Shown here in pieces: positions 38,724 through 49,421 of a DNA stretch of 64,000 nt (positions within the stretch are counted from its first letter, which is position 1; each line of letters starts with the position of its first letter). The DNA is from Candidatus Berkelbacteria bacterium (GTDB taxonomy: Bacteria > Patescibacteriota > UBA1384 > DTJR01), in contig JAPLVK010000015.1 in NCBI GenBank assembly GCA_026397175.1, positions 4,996-68,995 on the forward strand, written 5' to 3'. The notes beneath the pieces are model-generated. The model ran no database searches, was not told where the DNA came from, and was given only the letters and a program-made list of their open reading frames with translations. Made by a program: the position numbers and the translations under genes.

Positions 38724-39875
38724 ATGAATCAAACGAGGGGAGTAGACATATTTGCAAAATTAATCCTAACCGCCTGTGTTTTGATTTTATGTACCCAAAC
38801 AACCTTGGCCGCCAGCTTAGATGATCTTTTAAAGCAAAAAGACCAATTAACCCAGCAGCTAGATCAGGCGCAATCGGCGGCGCAGAACAAAGGACAAGAA
38901 GCGAAAACGCTATCAACGCAAATTACAAATCTTGATAAAGACATCAAAGCGACCGAGGACAAAATCAGTGAAACTGGTGGCCAGATAAACACAGTCAGCC
39001 AAAATATTGAGTCGCTCTCGAAAGATCTCGACCAAAAAAATGCAGAGCTGGTAAAGCTCAAGACAAAATTGAACAATGCGCTAATTGAAATTTATCGTTT
39101 TTCGTCAAGATCAAGCTGGGAACTTATTTTAAGCGGGGACTCGCTTGGATCAAATTCAAATGAAGCTAAATATGTCGAAGCGATAGAAATCCAAGTTAAG
39201 ACGATTCATACGCAAGTTCAGCAAGCAAAAGATGATCTCGAAAAACAAAAGTCCGATTTGGAGGCAAAAAAAGCGGAACTCGATTCGCTTAAATCCCAGC
39301 AAGAGGCCTATAAAAAAGGAACAGAATATCAAAAAAATCAGAAAGACAAAATTTTAGGTATGACGGTTCAGCAAAAGGCCTCTTATGAAGATGAAGCAAA
39401 AAAACTTCAATCGGAAATTACACATATTTCTTCCGAAATCTATGCTCAAAGAAAGAAGGGGAAAGGTAAGGAAGTTTTGCTTGGTGGTGGTTCCGGTTAT
39501 CCGTACAGTTCAATAGACGAACCGGATGCCTGGGGTTTTTTGACGAGTGAGTGCACTTCCTACGCAGCTTGGTATATGAATGTTATCAATGGCAAGGATT
39601 TTGTTAATACTCGTCCGGGTCAAGGCAGCGCATACAATTGGTCCAATTTAGCACAGGATCAGGGTTTCTCCGTATCAAGTTCCCCTAGAAAAGGAGCAAT
39701 CATAAGCTGGGGTGCAGGGCCTCTGACATCCGGGTGGGGACATGTGGCGGTTGTTGAGGCGGTAAATGGCGATGGAACAATTGATATTTCAGAATATAAC
39801 TGGAATAGATATTCATATTCCTATAGAAAAAATGTAAATCCCGGCGATTACGGTTCTTATAATTATATTTGGTAG
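38724..39875 (+). CDS. PcsB/CwlO-like coiled-coil CHAP peptidoglycan hydrolase
   Basis: Signal peptide, coiled coil, ECTSY..W, GHVA.VE, SEYN; follows ftsEX. Confidence 0.88.
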   Translation: MNQTRGVDIFAKLILTACVLILCTQTTLAASLDDLLKQKDQLTQQLDQAQSAAQNKGQEAKTLSTQITNLDKDIKATEDKISETGGQINTVSQNIESLSKDLDQKNAELVKLKTKLNNALIEIYRFSSRSSWELILSGDSLGSNSNEAKYVEAIEIQVKTIHTQVQQAKDDLEKQKSDLEAKKAELDSLKSQQEAYKKGTEYQKNQKDKILGMTVQQKASYEDEAKKLQSEITHISSEIYAQRKKGKGKEVLLGGGSGYPYSSIDEPDAWGFLTSECTSYAAWYMNVINGKDFVNTRPGQGSAYNWSNLAQDQGFSVSSSPRKGAIISWGAGPLTSGWGHVAVVEAVNGDGTIDISEYNWNRYSYSYRKNVNPGDYGSYNYIW

Positions 39876-39918
39876 CCAGTCCTCTTGGTTTTTCGGTTTT
39901 TTCTTCTATAATTGGGGC

Positions 39919-40926
39919 GTGGAGAAAAAAAATACAAAGTCAAATTTTGAGTCGTCCGACGAAGATATAATCGAAAATCGCTTGCGGCCCAAAAAACTTT
40001 CCGATTATATCGGTCAAAACAAAGTAAAAGACAGCATGTCTGTCTTTATTCGGGCGGCGAAATTGCGAAATGAACCACTGGAACATATTTTAATATACGG
40101 TCCACCCGGGCTTGGCAAGACGACTTTGGCGTATATTTTAGCCAACGAGACCGAGACGAATATCAAAATAACATCAGGTCCGGCGATTGAGCGCGCCGGT
40201 GATTTAGTTTCAATTTTAACAAACCTTGAAGATGCCGACATTCTTTTTATTGATGAAATTCACCGTTTGAACAAAGTTGTCGAAGAAATTTTATATCCGG
40301 CTATGGAAGAATATGCTATTGATGTTGTAATTGGAAAAGGTCCGTCTGCTAAAATATTGAGAGTTGATCTTCCCCACTTTACGCTTATCGGCGCGACAAC
40401 AAGAGTGAGTATGATTTCTTCTCCCATGAGGGACAGGTTTGGAATAATTCATTGTCTTGATTTTTACAATGAAAATGAAATCGCGCAGATTTTATCGCGA
40501 TCGTCAAAAATTTTAGATCTCACAGCAAACCCCGAAAGCATCAAAGAAATTGCAAAGCGCTCCAGAAAAACCCCACGCATAGCAAATCGTCTGCTAAAAC
40601 GCGTTCGTGATTTTGCTACCGTTTACAACAAAGGCGTGATTGATAAAAAAGTAACCGATGATTCTTTGTTGCGACTCGGGATTGACAAAAAAGGACTCGA
40701 CGAAGTTGACAGAAAATATCTTAAAACCCTTCTTGAAAAATTTGCCGGTGGCCCGGTTGGTGTCGAAACAATTTCGGCGGCTAGCTCGATCGAAAAAGAT
40801 ACAATCGAAGAAGTAATCGAGCCATATTTAATGCAAATTGCTTTTATCAAAAGAACGCCCAAGGGAAGGGTGGCAACCGATCAAGCAAGAGAATATTTCG
40901 GATTCTTAAAACAAAAGCCAAATTAA
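39919..40926 (+). CDS. ruvB: Holliday junction helicase RuvB
   Basis: LRP, GPPGLGKTT, FIDEIHR, TPRIANRLLKRVRD. Confidence 0.97.
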   Translation: MEKKNTKSNFESSDEDIIENRLRPKKLSDYIGQNKVKDSMSVFIRAAKLRNEPLEHILIYGPPGLGKTTLAYILANETETNIKITSGPAIERAGDLVSILTNLEDADILFIDEIHRLNKVVEEILYPAMEEYAIDVVIGKGPSAKILRVDLPHFTLIGATTRVSMISSPMRDRFGIIHCLDFYNENEIAQILSRSSKILDLTANPESIKEIAKRSRKTPRIANRLLKRVRDFATVYNKGVIDKKVTDDSLLRLGIDKKGLDEVDRKYLKTLLEKFAGGPVGVETISAASSIEKDTIEEVIEPYLMQIAFIKRTPKGRVATDQAREYFGFLKQKPN

Positions 40927-40927
40927 A

Positions 40928-41143
40928 ATGGATATAGCTATTTTGTTAGTTATTTTGGCCTTCACATTCATTGTTATTATTTCTGGTTTTTTTACGGTCG
41001 CTCTTTTTTATCATGTCAAGCGGTATAGTTTCGTTGGTGATGCCTCAAAAAGGGTCTTCTCGATTTATATAATGTCTTGCATTATCATTATTTCTATTGC
41101 TTTAATGCTTTTGATTTTAAATCACACAGGAGCAATATCTTAA
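40928..41143 (+). CDS. Small membrane protein
   Basis: Two TM helices; tightly coupled to ruvB. Confidence 0.6.
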   Translation: MDIAILLVILAFTFIVIISGFFTVALFYHVKRYSFVGDASKRVFSIYIMSCIIIISIALMLLILNHTGAIS

Positions 41144-42010
41144 TGCGATATCCAAGATTTGTCTACATTCCCCAAGCGGTCTTTGCAAATCAAAAAGATG
41201 ATGAGCGAATTTTTGTTGTGGCAAGACGCCACGCGATTGATTTTGTCATATCGTCATGGGCTCTGGTGATTTTGGTTATTGCCCCAATTTTTGTATTTTC
41301 GTTAGGCGCAAAATCAATTTTACAGTCCGTAATTTTCACAGATGTTCTAAGCCGCGACATAACAGTCATCTTCTTCCTTTTGTATTTTTTAATGCTCGCT
41401 ATAATTTTTATGACAAGTTGGATTGGCTACTATTACAACTTGCTTATAATTTCCGAAGAAGGAATTATCGAAGTCGCCCAAAAAGGACTTTTTAATCGTG
41501 AGATTTATGAAGTGCTTTTTGATCAGATTGAAGATGTGTCGTATCACACTCACGGTTTTTTTAAGCACTATGTTTGAGGTGGGGGATATTGAAATACAAT
41601 CTGCCGGATCGCAAAGGAATTTTTTGCTGCAAAGGTTTCCAAGACCAAAAATAATATTCGGAATTATTCATGATTTAACCAACCAAGCTAAAAAAGGAAT
41701 TGTAACCAAGAAAAGATTGCCGCAAATTGAAACAATCGGGATGCTGGGTAATGTCCCCGTTATTAAAAATTCAATTTTGCCACCGATAATGAATTTTCGA
41801 GGAGGCCTTATGGCCTCTTATTCTGAATTTAAAAAAACAATTTTACCGGCGAAGTCACTTCGGCAAAAATTTGACCGTTGGTGGTGGTCTAGCATTAAGG
41901 GCGAGCAAGCATTATTTTTAAACTACCAAGATGAATCGGAAAATCCGGTATTGCAAATGGAAATTAAAAAAGGCGGGAAGAAGTCATCCGGCAGAATGAT
42001 TGACTTGTAA
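41143..42010 (+). pseudogene. Bacterial PH-domain membrane protein, frameshifted at a T7 run near 41556
   Basis: RRH, QKGLF.R, I.DV in first frame; G.I.IQ.AG in second frame; removing one T fuses them. Confidence 0.7.
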
Positions 42011-42021
42011 TTTTTTTACAA

Positions 42022-43671
42022 ATGAAAAAATTGTCGGTTAAGGTCTTAGGGGGTTTCATCTTTTTGGGGATTATTTTATTTCTCAATAATTCCCACGCTT
42101 TAGCTTTCGACAAGACGGTTGTTGTTAATGAAATTATGTGGCGCGGATCAAGCATTGTTTGTGGGGATAAAACCTGCACTATGACTTCGGACGAGTGGGT
42201 TGAGCTAAAAAATACATCAGATAAGGTTGTAGATCTTAGCGGTTGGAAGTTATATGATGAGGTTTCGGGGAAAGCTCAGGTTACAATTTCGGATGGGCAA
42301 ATTGCACCCGATGGTTATTTTTTAATTTCAAATAATGCTAAGGACTATAAATTCAGCGCGGGCGAGTCAATTTTAAATATTGATCCGGATGTAATTGAGA
42401 GTGCTGTGTCGTTAAGTAACACAAAATTTAAAATGTCACTTCAGGATAATTTAAGTCAAACAATAGATACTGCTGGAGACGGTGGTGAACCTTTTTATGG
42501 TGAGAATGAGGGGCAAATCGCTTCGATGCAAAGGACTGATTATTTGGCTGACGGCGATTTGAAATCGGCTTGGTCAGTAAGCGCAACCAGAAAAAATTTA
42601 GATGAAGGGGTTTTAAATTTTGCAACGCCTGAAAATTCCGGCAGACCAAAGATTGATACATTGAGTTTTTCGCCAAATAATTTTCAAATTAACAGCAATT
42701 TTGCGCTTGAGATTACAAGCAAGGTTAGCGACCCGAATGATGATTTGGATAAAATTAAAATTAAAATTACATCATCCGATCAGCCAAAAACCGAAAAGGA
42801 CTTTGATATTTCAACGACATATTTTGATTTTGGACCACTCGATTTTTGCCCCACCGTTTCCATCTATTTTTATGATAAAACAGGGCTTTTTGTAAAACAA
42901 AATCTCGATATTGTTTGTTTTCAGAAAACGCACGACATTAGATTTTCAGAAATTTTGCCACATCCGAAAAATATTGATTGGAATAAGGATGGTGTTATTA
43001 ATAGTTCGGATGAGTGGATTGAGCTTGAAAATATCGGCAATCAAAACATTGATCTAGCCGGATGGAAGATACAAGACAAAAGCGGCAAGACATATTTATT
43101 TGATTCTAAAATCAATCCCGGATTTCTGGTTTTCTTTGGACTTCAAACAAAAATAATTTTAAATGATGACGGCGAAACGCTTTATTTAATTGACCCGAGC
43201 AACGAAATAATTGACACAATTACAATTCCAAATAGCTCCAGCAAACTAGACATGTCTTTTGCAAGACAACCCGATGGTTGGCAGTGGACTCTTATTACAT
43301 CATTGGGATCGGAAAACCCCAAAATTATCATAAGCGAAAGTCCTGTCGAGACAAAACCCGTCCTAACCCCATCTTCTAACACTAAAAATATTGATCGGCC
43401 CATGGAAGGTCTTGAGTCACAGCCGGTCGAACAAACCGAAACAATTATAATTAAAAAAACTGTTAAAATTACCCACAAAAAATTACCCTCAAAAGTTACA
43501 AGTATCAAACTTTCCAAGATTTCAATTGATCCAATGGTTTTGGGATCTTCAACTTATCGGGAACCGTCTTATGCTTTAAAACCCCGCCAAATTTTGCTAT
43601 ACTTGATAGGTCTAATTATCATTATTTCGCAGATTGCAAGTTATGGATTTTATCGCCAAAAACCAAAATGA
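42022..43671 (+). CDS. Lamin-tail-domain surface protein
   Basis: Two NEI/EWVEL.N..DL.GW repeats; signal peptide; C-terminal TM. Confidence 0.82.
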   Translation: MKKLSVKVLGGFIFLGIILFLNNSHALAFDKTVVVNEIMWRGSSIVCGDKTCTMTSDEWVELKNTSDKVVDLSGWKLYDEVSGKAQVTISDGQIAPDGYFLISNNAKDYKFSAGESILNIDPDVIESAVSLSNTKFKMSLQDNLSQTIDTAGDGGEPFYGENEGQIASMQRTDYLADGDLKSAWSVSATRKNLDEGVLNFATPENSGRPKIDTLSFSPNNFQINSNFALEITSKVSDPNDDLDKIKIKITSSDQPKTEKDFDISTTYFDFGPLDFCPTVSIYFYDKTGLFVKQNLDIVCFQKTHDIRFSEILPHPKNIDWNKDGVINSSDEWIELENIGNQNIDLAGWKIQDKSGKTYLFDSKINPGFLVFFGLQTKIILNDDGETLYLIDPSNEIIDTITIPNSSSKLDMSFARQPDGWQWTLITSLGSENPKIIISESPVETKPVLTPSSNTKNIDRPMEGLESQPVEQTETIIIKKTVKITHKKLPSKVTSIKLSKISIDPMVLGSSTYREPSYALKPRQILLYLIGLIIIISQIASYGFYRQKPK

Positions 43672-44068
43672 ACTTGGGAAATGTGTTTATAGTTTGCTTA
43701 AAGACAAGATGTCCGGTGGTTTTAGGGTTGGTTTAAGCGGCGATTTAGGTGCAGGCAAAACGACTTTAGTTAAAATGATCGCCAAATTTCTTGGCATTAA
43801 AGATGAAGTAACGAGTCCAACTTTTAATCTTCGAAAAATTTACAAAATAACCCCCGATTTATTTTTGCAGCACATTGATCTATATCGGATGTCTTCTAAA
43901 AATCAAAATGATTTAAATGAGGTCGGCGATTGGCTTAAAGACAAAAAAACAATTTCTTTTGTTGAGTGGCCGGAAAATCTACAAATGAACCAAAATGACT
44001 TTGACGCTTACATTAAAATTGAACCGCTTGGTTTGAATCAAAGAAAAGTAAAAATCACATGGAAATAG
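43643..44068 (+). CDS. tsaE: t6A biosynthesis ATPase TsaE
   Basis: GDLGAGKTT, SPTF, H.DLYR, VEW. Confidence 0.93.
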   Translation: MDFIAKNQNELGKCVYSLLKDKMSGGFRVGLSGDLGAGKTTLVKMIAKFLGIKDEVTSPTFNLRKIYKITPDLFLQHIDLYRMSSKNQNDLNEVGDWLKDKKTISFVEWPENLQMNQNDFDAYIKIEPLGLNQRKVKITWK

Positions 44069-44325
44069 ATATTTTTTATCAAAACAGAGAGCTTACATTT
44101 AAATCTCCAAAAGAAAGCGGAGAGGGCTTTGAGGATTTTCTAAGGTTAATTTCAGAAAACAAAGATAAAATTACTTGCGTCAGATTGTCCGGTGAAAGTA
44201 AGTCATATACTTTTACAAGGCAGGTCTTTTTGCTTGTTAATCTTTTAAAAAATTTTCTAGACTGCGATCTTTACATCAACTCGAAAAAAATCGAAAAAGA
44301 AATTGCCTTACCCATATACGGCTAA
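44059..44325 (+). CDS. Possible miniature TsaB-like protein
   Basis: Follows tsaE; SYT..R...N.L resembles the TsaB GSFTGLR region; ends P.Y. Confidence 0.45.
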   Translation: MEIDIFYQNRELTFKSPKESGEGFEDFLRLISENKDKITCVRLSGESKSYTFTRQVFLLVNLLKNFLDCDLYINSKKIEKEIALPIYG

Positions 44326-44345
44326 ATCTGGTATATTATATATAA

Positions 44346-44507
44346 GGGTCTGTCGGCAAATGTGCTTTTGTAGCGAAATTTGATAGTTTCGTAACGAGAA
44401 TTTTACAAAAGCGACGATGTTTATCAAGTTGATAAGCGGAGGAGCTTTTGAAAATTCGCAGTAGAAAATATCAAATTGCAGTAAAAATGACATTTGCCGA
44501 CAGACCC
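44346..44507. mobile_element. MITE-like element with 18-bp terminal inverted repeats
   Basis: GGGTCTGTCGGCAAATGT...ACATTTGCCGACAGACCC, imperfect pairing continues inward; no ORF. Confidence 0.7.
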
Positions 44508-44522
44508 AACAATAGGAGATAG

Positions 44523-45905
44523 ATGCGAAAAAGATATTTTGGTGTTTCAAGCCGTCCAAAACATGAGCATAGGGCTACGCAAGCGACAGATCCCCAAAAA
44601 AAAGCTGATCCCACAAAGAAGCGGAAATATATTAAATTTTCACTTTTAGCTCTGCTTGTGATTTTTTTGGGAATTATTGCATATGTCGGCATTTCTTCGT
44701 TTTCTGCGGCCAACAATATATTGGCGTCCGATATTAAGCTGACCGACCTGATCAAGGGGGGCTCCCTAAAACAAACAGACGGTATTACTAACATATTACT
44801 GCTTGGCAAGGGTGGCGAAAATCACCCCGGGGGCCAGCTGACAGACACCATTCAACTTATTCGACTTAGGCAGTCGGATGACGCTGTTGCGATGGTCTCA
44901 ATTCCGCGAGATCTTCGGGTTTCAATCCCGGGCGATGGACAATCAAAGATCAACGAGGCCTACACTACCGGCTTTAATGCGGAAAAAAACAAAGATAAAA
45001 AATCGGATGCGGGCGCAAAACTCTCAAGCCAAGTGGTGCAAAACATTACCGGAGTGCCGATTCATTATTATTTGACTGTTGATTTTGTGGGCTTCAAGGA
45101 TCTGGTTGATAAATTAGGTGGGGTCACTGTTAATGTAGATCAGGATTTAAATGACCCTTATTACCCGAAGGATTATTTTAACGGTGACACTTACAGAAAA
45201 ACAGACGCTTACGCTCCTTTTTCTATAAAAAAAGGCGTACAGTCCTTAAACGGCGAAACTGCTTTAAAATATGCCAGAAGCCGAGAGACGACATCGGATT
45301 TCGATAGAGCAAAACGGCAACAAAAATTGATTCTTGCGATTAAGGAAAAAATGCTTTCGTTGGGAATCTTGGCAAATCCGGTTAAGGTCTCGGATATCAT
45401 TTCCTCGCTTGGCAGCCATGTCAAAACAAGCATGAACATTTCAGAAATTAAAGACCTTATGTCATTATCTGAAAAAATTGACAAAGCAAACATTATCAAT
45501 AAGTCAATCGATAATAATCCCAAGGACGGATTGCTCGTTTCTACCTCGGAAGGTGGATATTATCTTGTACCAAAAACCGGTAATTTTAACGAAATTCAGC
45601 GCTTTTTCAAAAATATTTTCGAGATCTCGAGCGCGGCAGATGAAAATTTTACTGTTGAGGTATATAATGGGACAGACAGGACTGGAATCGCCAACAAGTT
45701 TGCGGAGGACTTGAAAAGTTCGGGATTAAATGTTACCAAGATAGAGACAAACAAAGAGCAGATTGGTACGACAACTATATATACTGCCTCGAAGGGTTCC
45801 AAAACATTAGAGATTATTTCGGGCAAATTGCCAAACGCGAAGATAGCGACATACGAGACCAAGGGAGTAATTAAAATTATTTTAGGGAATGACTATGGCA
45901 ACTAA
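44523..45905 (+). CDS. LCP (LytR-CpsA-Psr) family protein with LytR_C domain
   Basis: NILLLG, TDT, SIPRDL, YARSR..SDF.R..RQ, V.NGT...G.A. Confidence 0.92.
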   Translation: MRKRYFGVSSRPKHEHRATQATDPQKKADPTKKRKYIKFSLLALLVIFLGIIAYVGISSFSAANNILASDIKLTDLIKGGSLKQTDGITNILLLGKGGENHPGGQLTDTIQLIRLRQSDDAVAMVSIPRDLRVSIPGDGQSKINEAYTTGFNAEKNKDKKSDAGAKLSSQVVQNITGVPIHYYLTVDFVGFKDLVDKLGGVTVNVDQDLNDPYYPKDYFNGDTYRKTDAYAPFSIKKGVQSLNGETALKYARSRETTSDFDRAKRQQKLILAIKEKMLSLGILANPVKVSDIISSLGSHVKTSMNISEIKDLMSLSEKIDKANIINKSIDNNPKDGLLVSTSEGGYYLVPKTGNFNEIQRFFKNIFEISSAADENFTVEVYNGTDRTGIANKFAEDLKSSGLNVTKIETNKEQIGTTTIYTASKGSKTLEIISGKLPNAKIATYETKGVIKIILGNDYGN

Positions 45906-46476
45906 ACTTTCTGCAAAGGGGTTAAGGATTGTTTCTCACTCGATCATTACTTTTTTTGCGGTGGTTTCGTTGTGTTTCTTTTTATTCTCGATTGATCGAA
46001 CCGCGCTTGTCAGTATTATTTCAATCGGAATGCTTGCCGGCGCTCTTTTTATTTCGTGGGATATGGATGTTGTTGATGCGGTTGGTCTCTTGATTTTTTT
46101 CTTTGGCACGACCGCATGCTTCAATTTTTTTAACGAGGTGGTTTTAAGCTCATGGTCTAGAATAATCGCGATTGTTGTATTTGCAGGGCTAAGCTTGATC
46201 TTATCGAATTATCTTTTAAATACCGTCAGTCCCGAGAAGACACCCGACAAACAAATCTACAAGGTCTCGTTAGCCATTGTTTTTACCGAAATATTTTGGA
46301 TTTTAAGTTTTATCAACGCCAGCCAAATTTCAAAAGGCGCTATCACGGCTGTAATCTTCTTCAACTTGCTTTCGGTTTCAGGTGAGGTGCTAAGTCACAA
46401 ATTTCAACTTGCCAGATTTGCTTCTTTGGTTATAATCAGTATAATCTTATTGGCATTAGTTATTTATAGAATTTAA
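45889..46476 (+). CDS. Hypothetical polytopic membrane protein
   Basis: Multiple TM segments; operonic. Confidence 0.7.
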   Translation: MTMATKLSAKGLRIVSHSIITFFAVVSLCFFLFSIDRTALVSIISIGMLAGALFISWDMDVVDAVGLLIFFFGTTACFNFFNEVVLSSWSRIIAIVVFAGLSLILSNYLLNTVSPEKTPDKQIYKVSLAIVFTEIFWILSFINASQISKGAITAVIFFNLLSVSGEVLSHKFQLARFASLVIISIILLALVIYRI

Positions 46477-46487
46477 TTGGAGAAAAT

Positions 46488-47456
46488 ATGAACTTTATAT
46501 CTATCGTTCGCAGAACAGAGATCGGATTTCTAAAGTTTTTTCTGATAGTTGGTCGGTTTTTTGCTTCTTTGTACTACAGGGTAAAAAGAAAAGTTGGGCC
46601 GAATTGGAGAAGTTATCTTAAAACAACTCTAATGGCAATTGTGATTTTGTATGTCATCGGCGCCGTTGTTTTTGGTGTTCGCCTTTATAAACAAAAGCGA
46701 TTTGAAAAAATTGATCTTATTGCTTCTTATGTTTACCCGTTTCCGGTTGCCCATGCCGGTCGGAGCTTTGTTTTTGACCGACAACTTCAGATTTGGGTAA
46801 ACTCTTCCAAAAAATTTGCAACCAAAAATGGCGTTGAAGCGCCGCCTGATTTAGCTCCCAAAATTCTAACCGAACTTACGAATTATGCCCTCTCGTCACA
46901 AGAAGCGGATTTGCTCAATGTCAAACTTACCCAAAAAGATATTGATGAAAAATTTGACTTAAGTATCGAAGGAATCGGGAGTCGCGATCAAGCTGCCGAT
47001 TTTATTAAGCAGAATTATGGACTTTCGCTTAATCAATTTAAGAGGATGATTACGCCGATGGTTTTGGTAGAAAAACTTCGCGACGAACAATTCGTTAGCA
47101 TTAAAGCAAGACATATTTTGGTCAAAGACGAAGGTAAATCCAAAGAATTATTGCAAAAAATCAAAGATGGGGCGAAGTTTGAGGATGTGGCCAAAGATAA
47201 TTCGGAAGATCAAAACTCAAAAGACGCCGGCGGACTTTTAGCAGGCGGAGAGTTTCTTTTCAGGGATTCAGGTTTAATTGCAGAGGTTGAAGACGCGCTT
47301 TTCAAGCTTAAAGCCGGTGAAATTAGCGAGCCCGTCAAAAGCGAATTTGGTTGGCATATCTTGAAAGCCGAAGAGCGCAAAGGAACAATTGATCTAAAAA
47401 TGGACGACTGGCTAAAATCCCTCCAGGGCAAATACCCCGTCAACTCCTGGATCTAA
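46488..47456 (+). CDS. PrsA/SurA-like parvulin PPIase
   Basis: ARHILV, F..VAK..S.D, GG.L, S.PVKS.FGWHI. Confidence 0.88.
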   Translation: MNFISIVRRTEIGFLKFFLIVGRFFASLYYRVKRKVGPNWRSYLKTTLMAIVILYVIGAVVFGVRLYKQKRFEKIDLIASYVYPFPVAHAGRSFVFDRQLQIWVNSSKKFATKNGVEAPPDLAPKILTELTNYALSSQEADLLNVKLTQKDIDEKFDLSIEGIGSRDQAADFIKQNYGLSLNQFKRMITPMVLVEKLRDEQFVSIKARHILVKDEGKSKELLQKIKDGAKFEDVAKDNSEDQNSKDAGGLLAGGEFLFRDSGLIAEVEDALFKLKAGEISEPVKSEFGWHILKAEERKGTIDLKMDDWLKSLQGKYPVNSWI

Positions 47457-47549
47457 ATATATTGAGATCTGAATGATTTTCTGGTAAGATTTTCTCGTGA
47501 ATCTTTTATTTTAGAGTTTAGGATTTAGAATTTAGAATTTTTCTATTTT

Positions 47550-47626
47550 GGGGTGGTAGCTCAATTGGCTAGAGCAATTCCCTGTCACGGAATAGGTTGA
47601 GGGTTCGAGTCCCTTCCATCCCGCCA
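47550..47626 (+). tRNA. tRNA-Asp(GTC)
   Basis: ATTCC-CTGTCAC-GGAAT anticodon arm; TTCGAGT; GCCA end. Confidence 0.95.
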
Positions 47627-49081
47627 GTTCGTATGAGAAGTTTTTTGGAATAAAATTCCCCACGGATTTTCAGGTTTGAGAGCGACAATTCCTGCCCTGA
47701 CAAGACGGTTCGAGCCGATCTTTTTCAAAAGCTCCGCTTTTGCCACAAAATTTTGAGATGTTTGTAGATTACTGGCTTGGTGAACCTCATTTACCCAATC
47801 TGTAAGCGGTTCGAGCCACAAATTGCCCTTGCGATTAAGACGGGCGATTTTTTGTTTTAGAGCGACTTTCTGCTCGACAAGTTCCGACTTTTTAGTTTGA
47901 TACTCTTCAGCTTCCAAAAGCCCATCTAAATGAGCGTCGAGCAGTTTAGAAAGCCGCTTGTTCAATATCTCAAGTTCTTTTCCGACTCCCTTTATCGCAA
48001 GGGCAGATGATTGGATGTTATCAGTTTTCCATATTTCAATTTGTTTTTGCATTTTATTTGTCCAATCATCTTTCAAAGCCACTTTTGAAAAAATCTTGTC
48101 AACTTGGCTTGTCAGCTTCTCTTCACGCACAAATTTTTGTGCGCAAACACTGTTCTTTTTGGTGCAACGATAATAGCGAAAAACAAGCCCCGACTTTTTG
48201 ATTTGTCGTTCACCAGTGATCGCCCGCCCGCACTCTCCGCAGTTAAATACTCCACGAAATGGGAAATATAAAAGTTCTTTTGTTTTTCGCGGGCGACTTC
48301 GATTTTGCAAAGTTTGTTGCACCAAATCAAAAGTGGCTTTGTCAACTAAAGGCTCGTGTTTGGCTTCGTAAGTTTCGCCACCATAGCTAAAAAGCCCGAT
48401 ATAAAATTTGTTTCGCAAAAGTTTTTCCAAAACAGAACAAGACAAACCAATTCTTCCACGTTGGCTTTTTAGCTTCAAAGAAAGCGATAAAGTTTCCAAA
48501 TCTTTCAGAGAATATTTCCCCGTTGAATATTTACAAAACAGTTTTTTGATAAGCGGGGCTTTTTCATTGTCGATATCGATTGTATGACTTCGCAAATTAT
48601 TCGTGTAGCCAATCGGCGCCCAGCCGGGCCATTCGCCTCGGCGGAGTTTTTGTCTTAAGCCCCGCTTAACATTCTCTGAAAGATTATCGATGTAATATTT
48701 AGCTTGACCAAAAGCAATTTGGAGCATAAACAAACCTTGGCTGGACGGCTCAAACCAGTAAGTTGGAAACCTTAGAGAGCACAACTTGCCCCTATCAATC
48801 AGATTGATAATTTGCCCGCCATCAACTGCGTTTCGAGCCAGACGATCGGGGTTCCACGAAATGATTCCGTCGGCCTCGTCGTTGACGATTTTTTCGAGCA
48901 TTAAATTAAAAATTGGGCGGCCCGGCTCTTTGGCCGTTTTTGCTTCGATAAGTTCCTCAACAATTTCCAAATTATTTTGGCGGGCAAATTCATGAAGTTC
49001 GGCAAGTTGCGCTTCAATAGACAATACCTGTCTTTCCTCGTCATCGGTAGATTTTCGAGCATAGAGTATATATCTATTCAA
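47585..49081 (-). CDS. Large serine recombinase (intact)
   Basis: YARKST, WNPDRLARN, Zn ribbon CGECG/YYRC; TTG start with AAGGAGG RBS; frame ends inside tRNA-Asp antisense. Confidence 0.93.
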   Translation of the reverse strand: MNRYILYARKSTDDEERQVLSIEAQLAELHEFARQNNLEIVEELIEAKTAKEPGRPIFNLMLEKIVNDEADGIISWNPDRLARNAVDGGQIINLIDRGKLCSLRFPTYWFEPSSQGLFMLQIAFGQAKYYIDNLSENVKRGLRQKLRRGEWPGWAPIGYTNNLRSHTIDIDNEKAPLIKKLFCKYSTGKYSLKDLETLSLSLKLKSQRGRIGLSCSVLEKLLRNKFYIGLFSYGGETYEAKHEPLVDKATFDLVQQTLQNRSRPRKTKELLYFPFRGVFNCGECGRAITGERQIKKSGLVFRYYRCTKKNSVCAQKFVREEKLTSQVDKIFSKVALKDDWTNKMQKQIEIWKTDNIQSSALAIKGVGKELEILNKRLSKLLDAHLDGLLEAEEYQTKKSELVEQKVALKQKIARLNRKGNLWLEPLTDWVNEVHQASNLQTSQNFVAKAELLKKIGSNRLVRAGIVALKPENPWGILFQKTSHTNWRDGRDSNPQPIP

Positions 49082-49188
49082 CTTTCCTCCTTATCGCTTT
49101 CTTTGATTTGAAAATTTTGCGGGTGGTCGCATAGCGACCGAAAAAAGATCGGCTCACACCGCTTTGCGGTGTCTGAAATGAATTTCAG

Positions 49189-49414
49189 GAATCGTCTTGT
49201 CAGGGCGGGAATTGTCGCTCTCAAACCTGAAAATCCGTGGGGAATTTTATTCCAAAAAACTTCTCATACGAACTGGCGGGGAATTCTGAATGAAGCTCGA
49301 ATTTATTTTGAAAAGAATTTTTAGTAATGCTCGTGTCGCGCTTTGCGCGACACTCGCTCTCTGTTTTTCAAATTTCCTTTGGGTCGGGAAGGAGGGGGTT
49401 GGGGGGAGGAATTC
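49189..49414 (-). repeat. Internal inverted attP-like block (A2-core-B2)
   Basis: 92 bp inverted to 47620-47711 (2 mismatches); 127 bp inverted to 53532-53658; core CCCGCCA. Confidence 0.9.
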
Positions 49415-49421
49415 GATTTAT

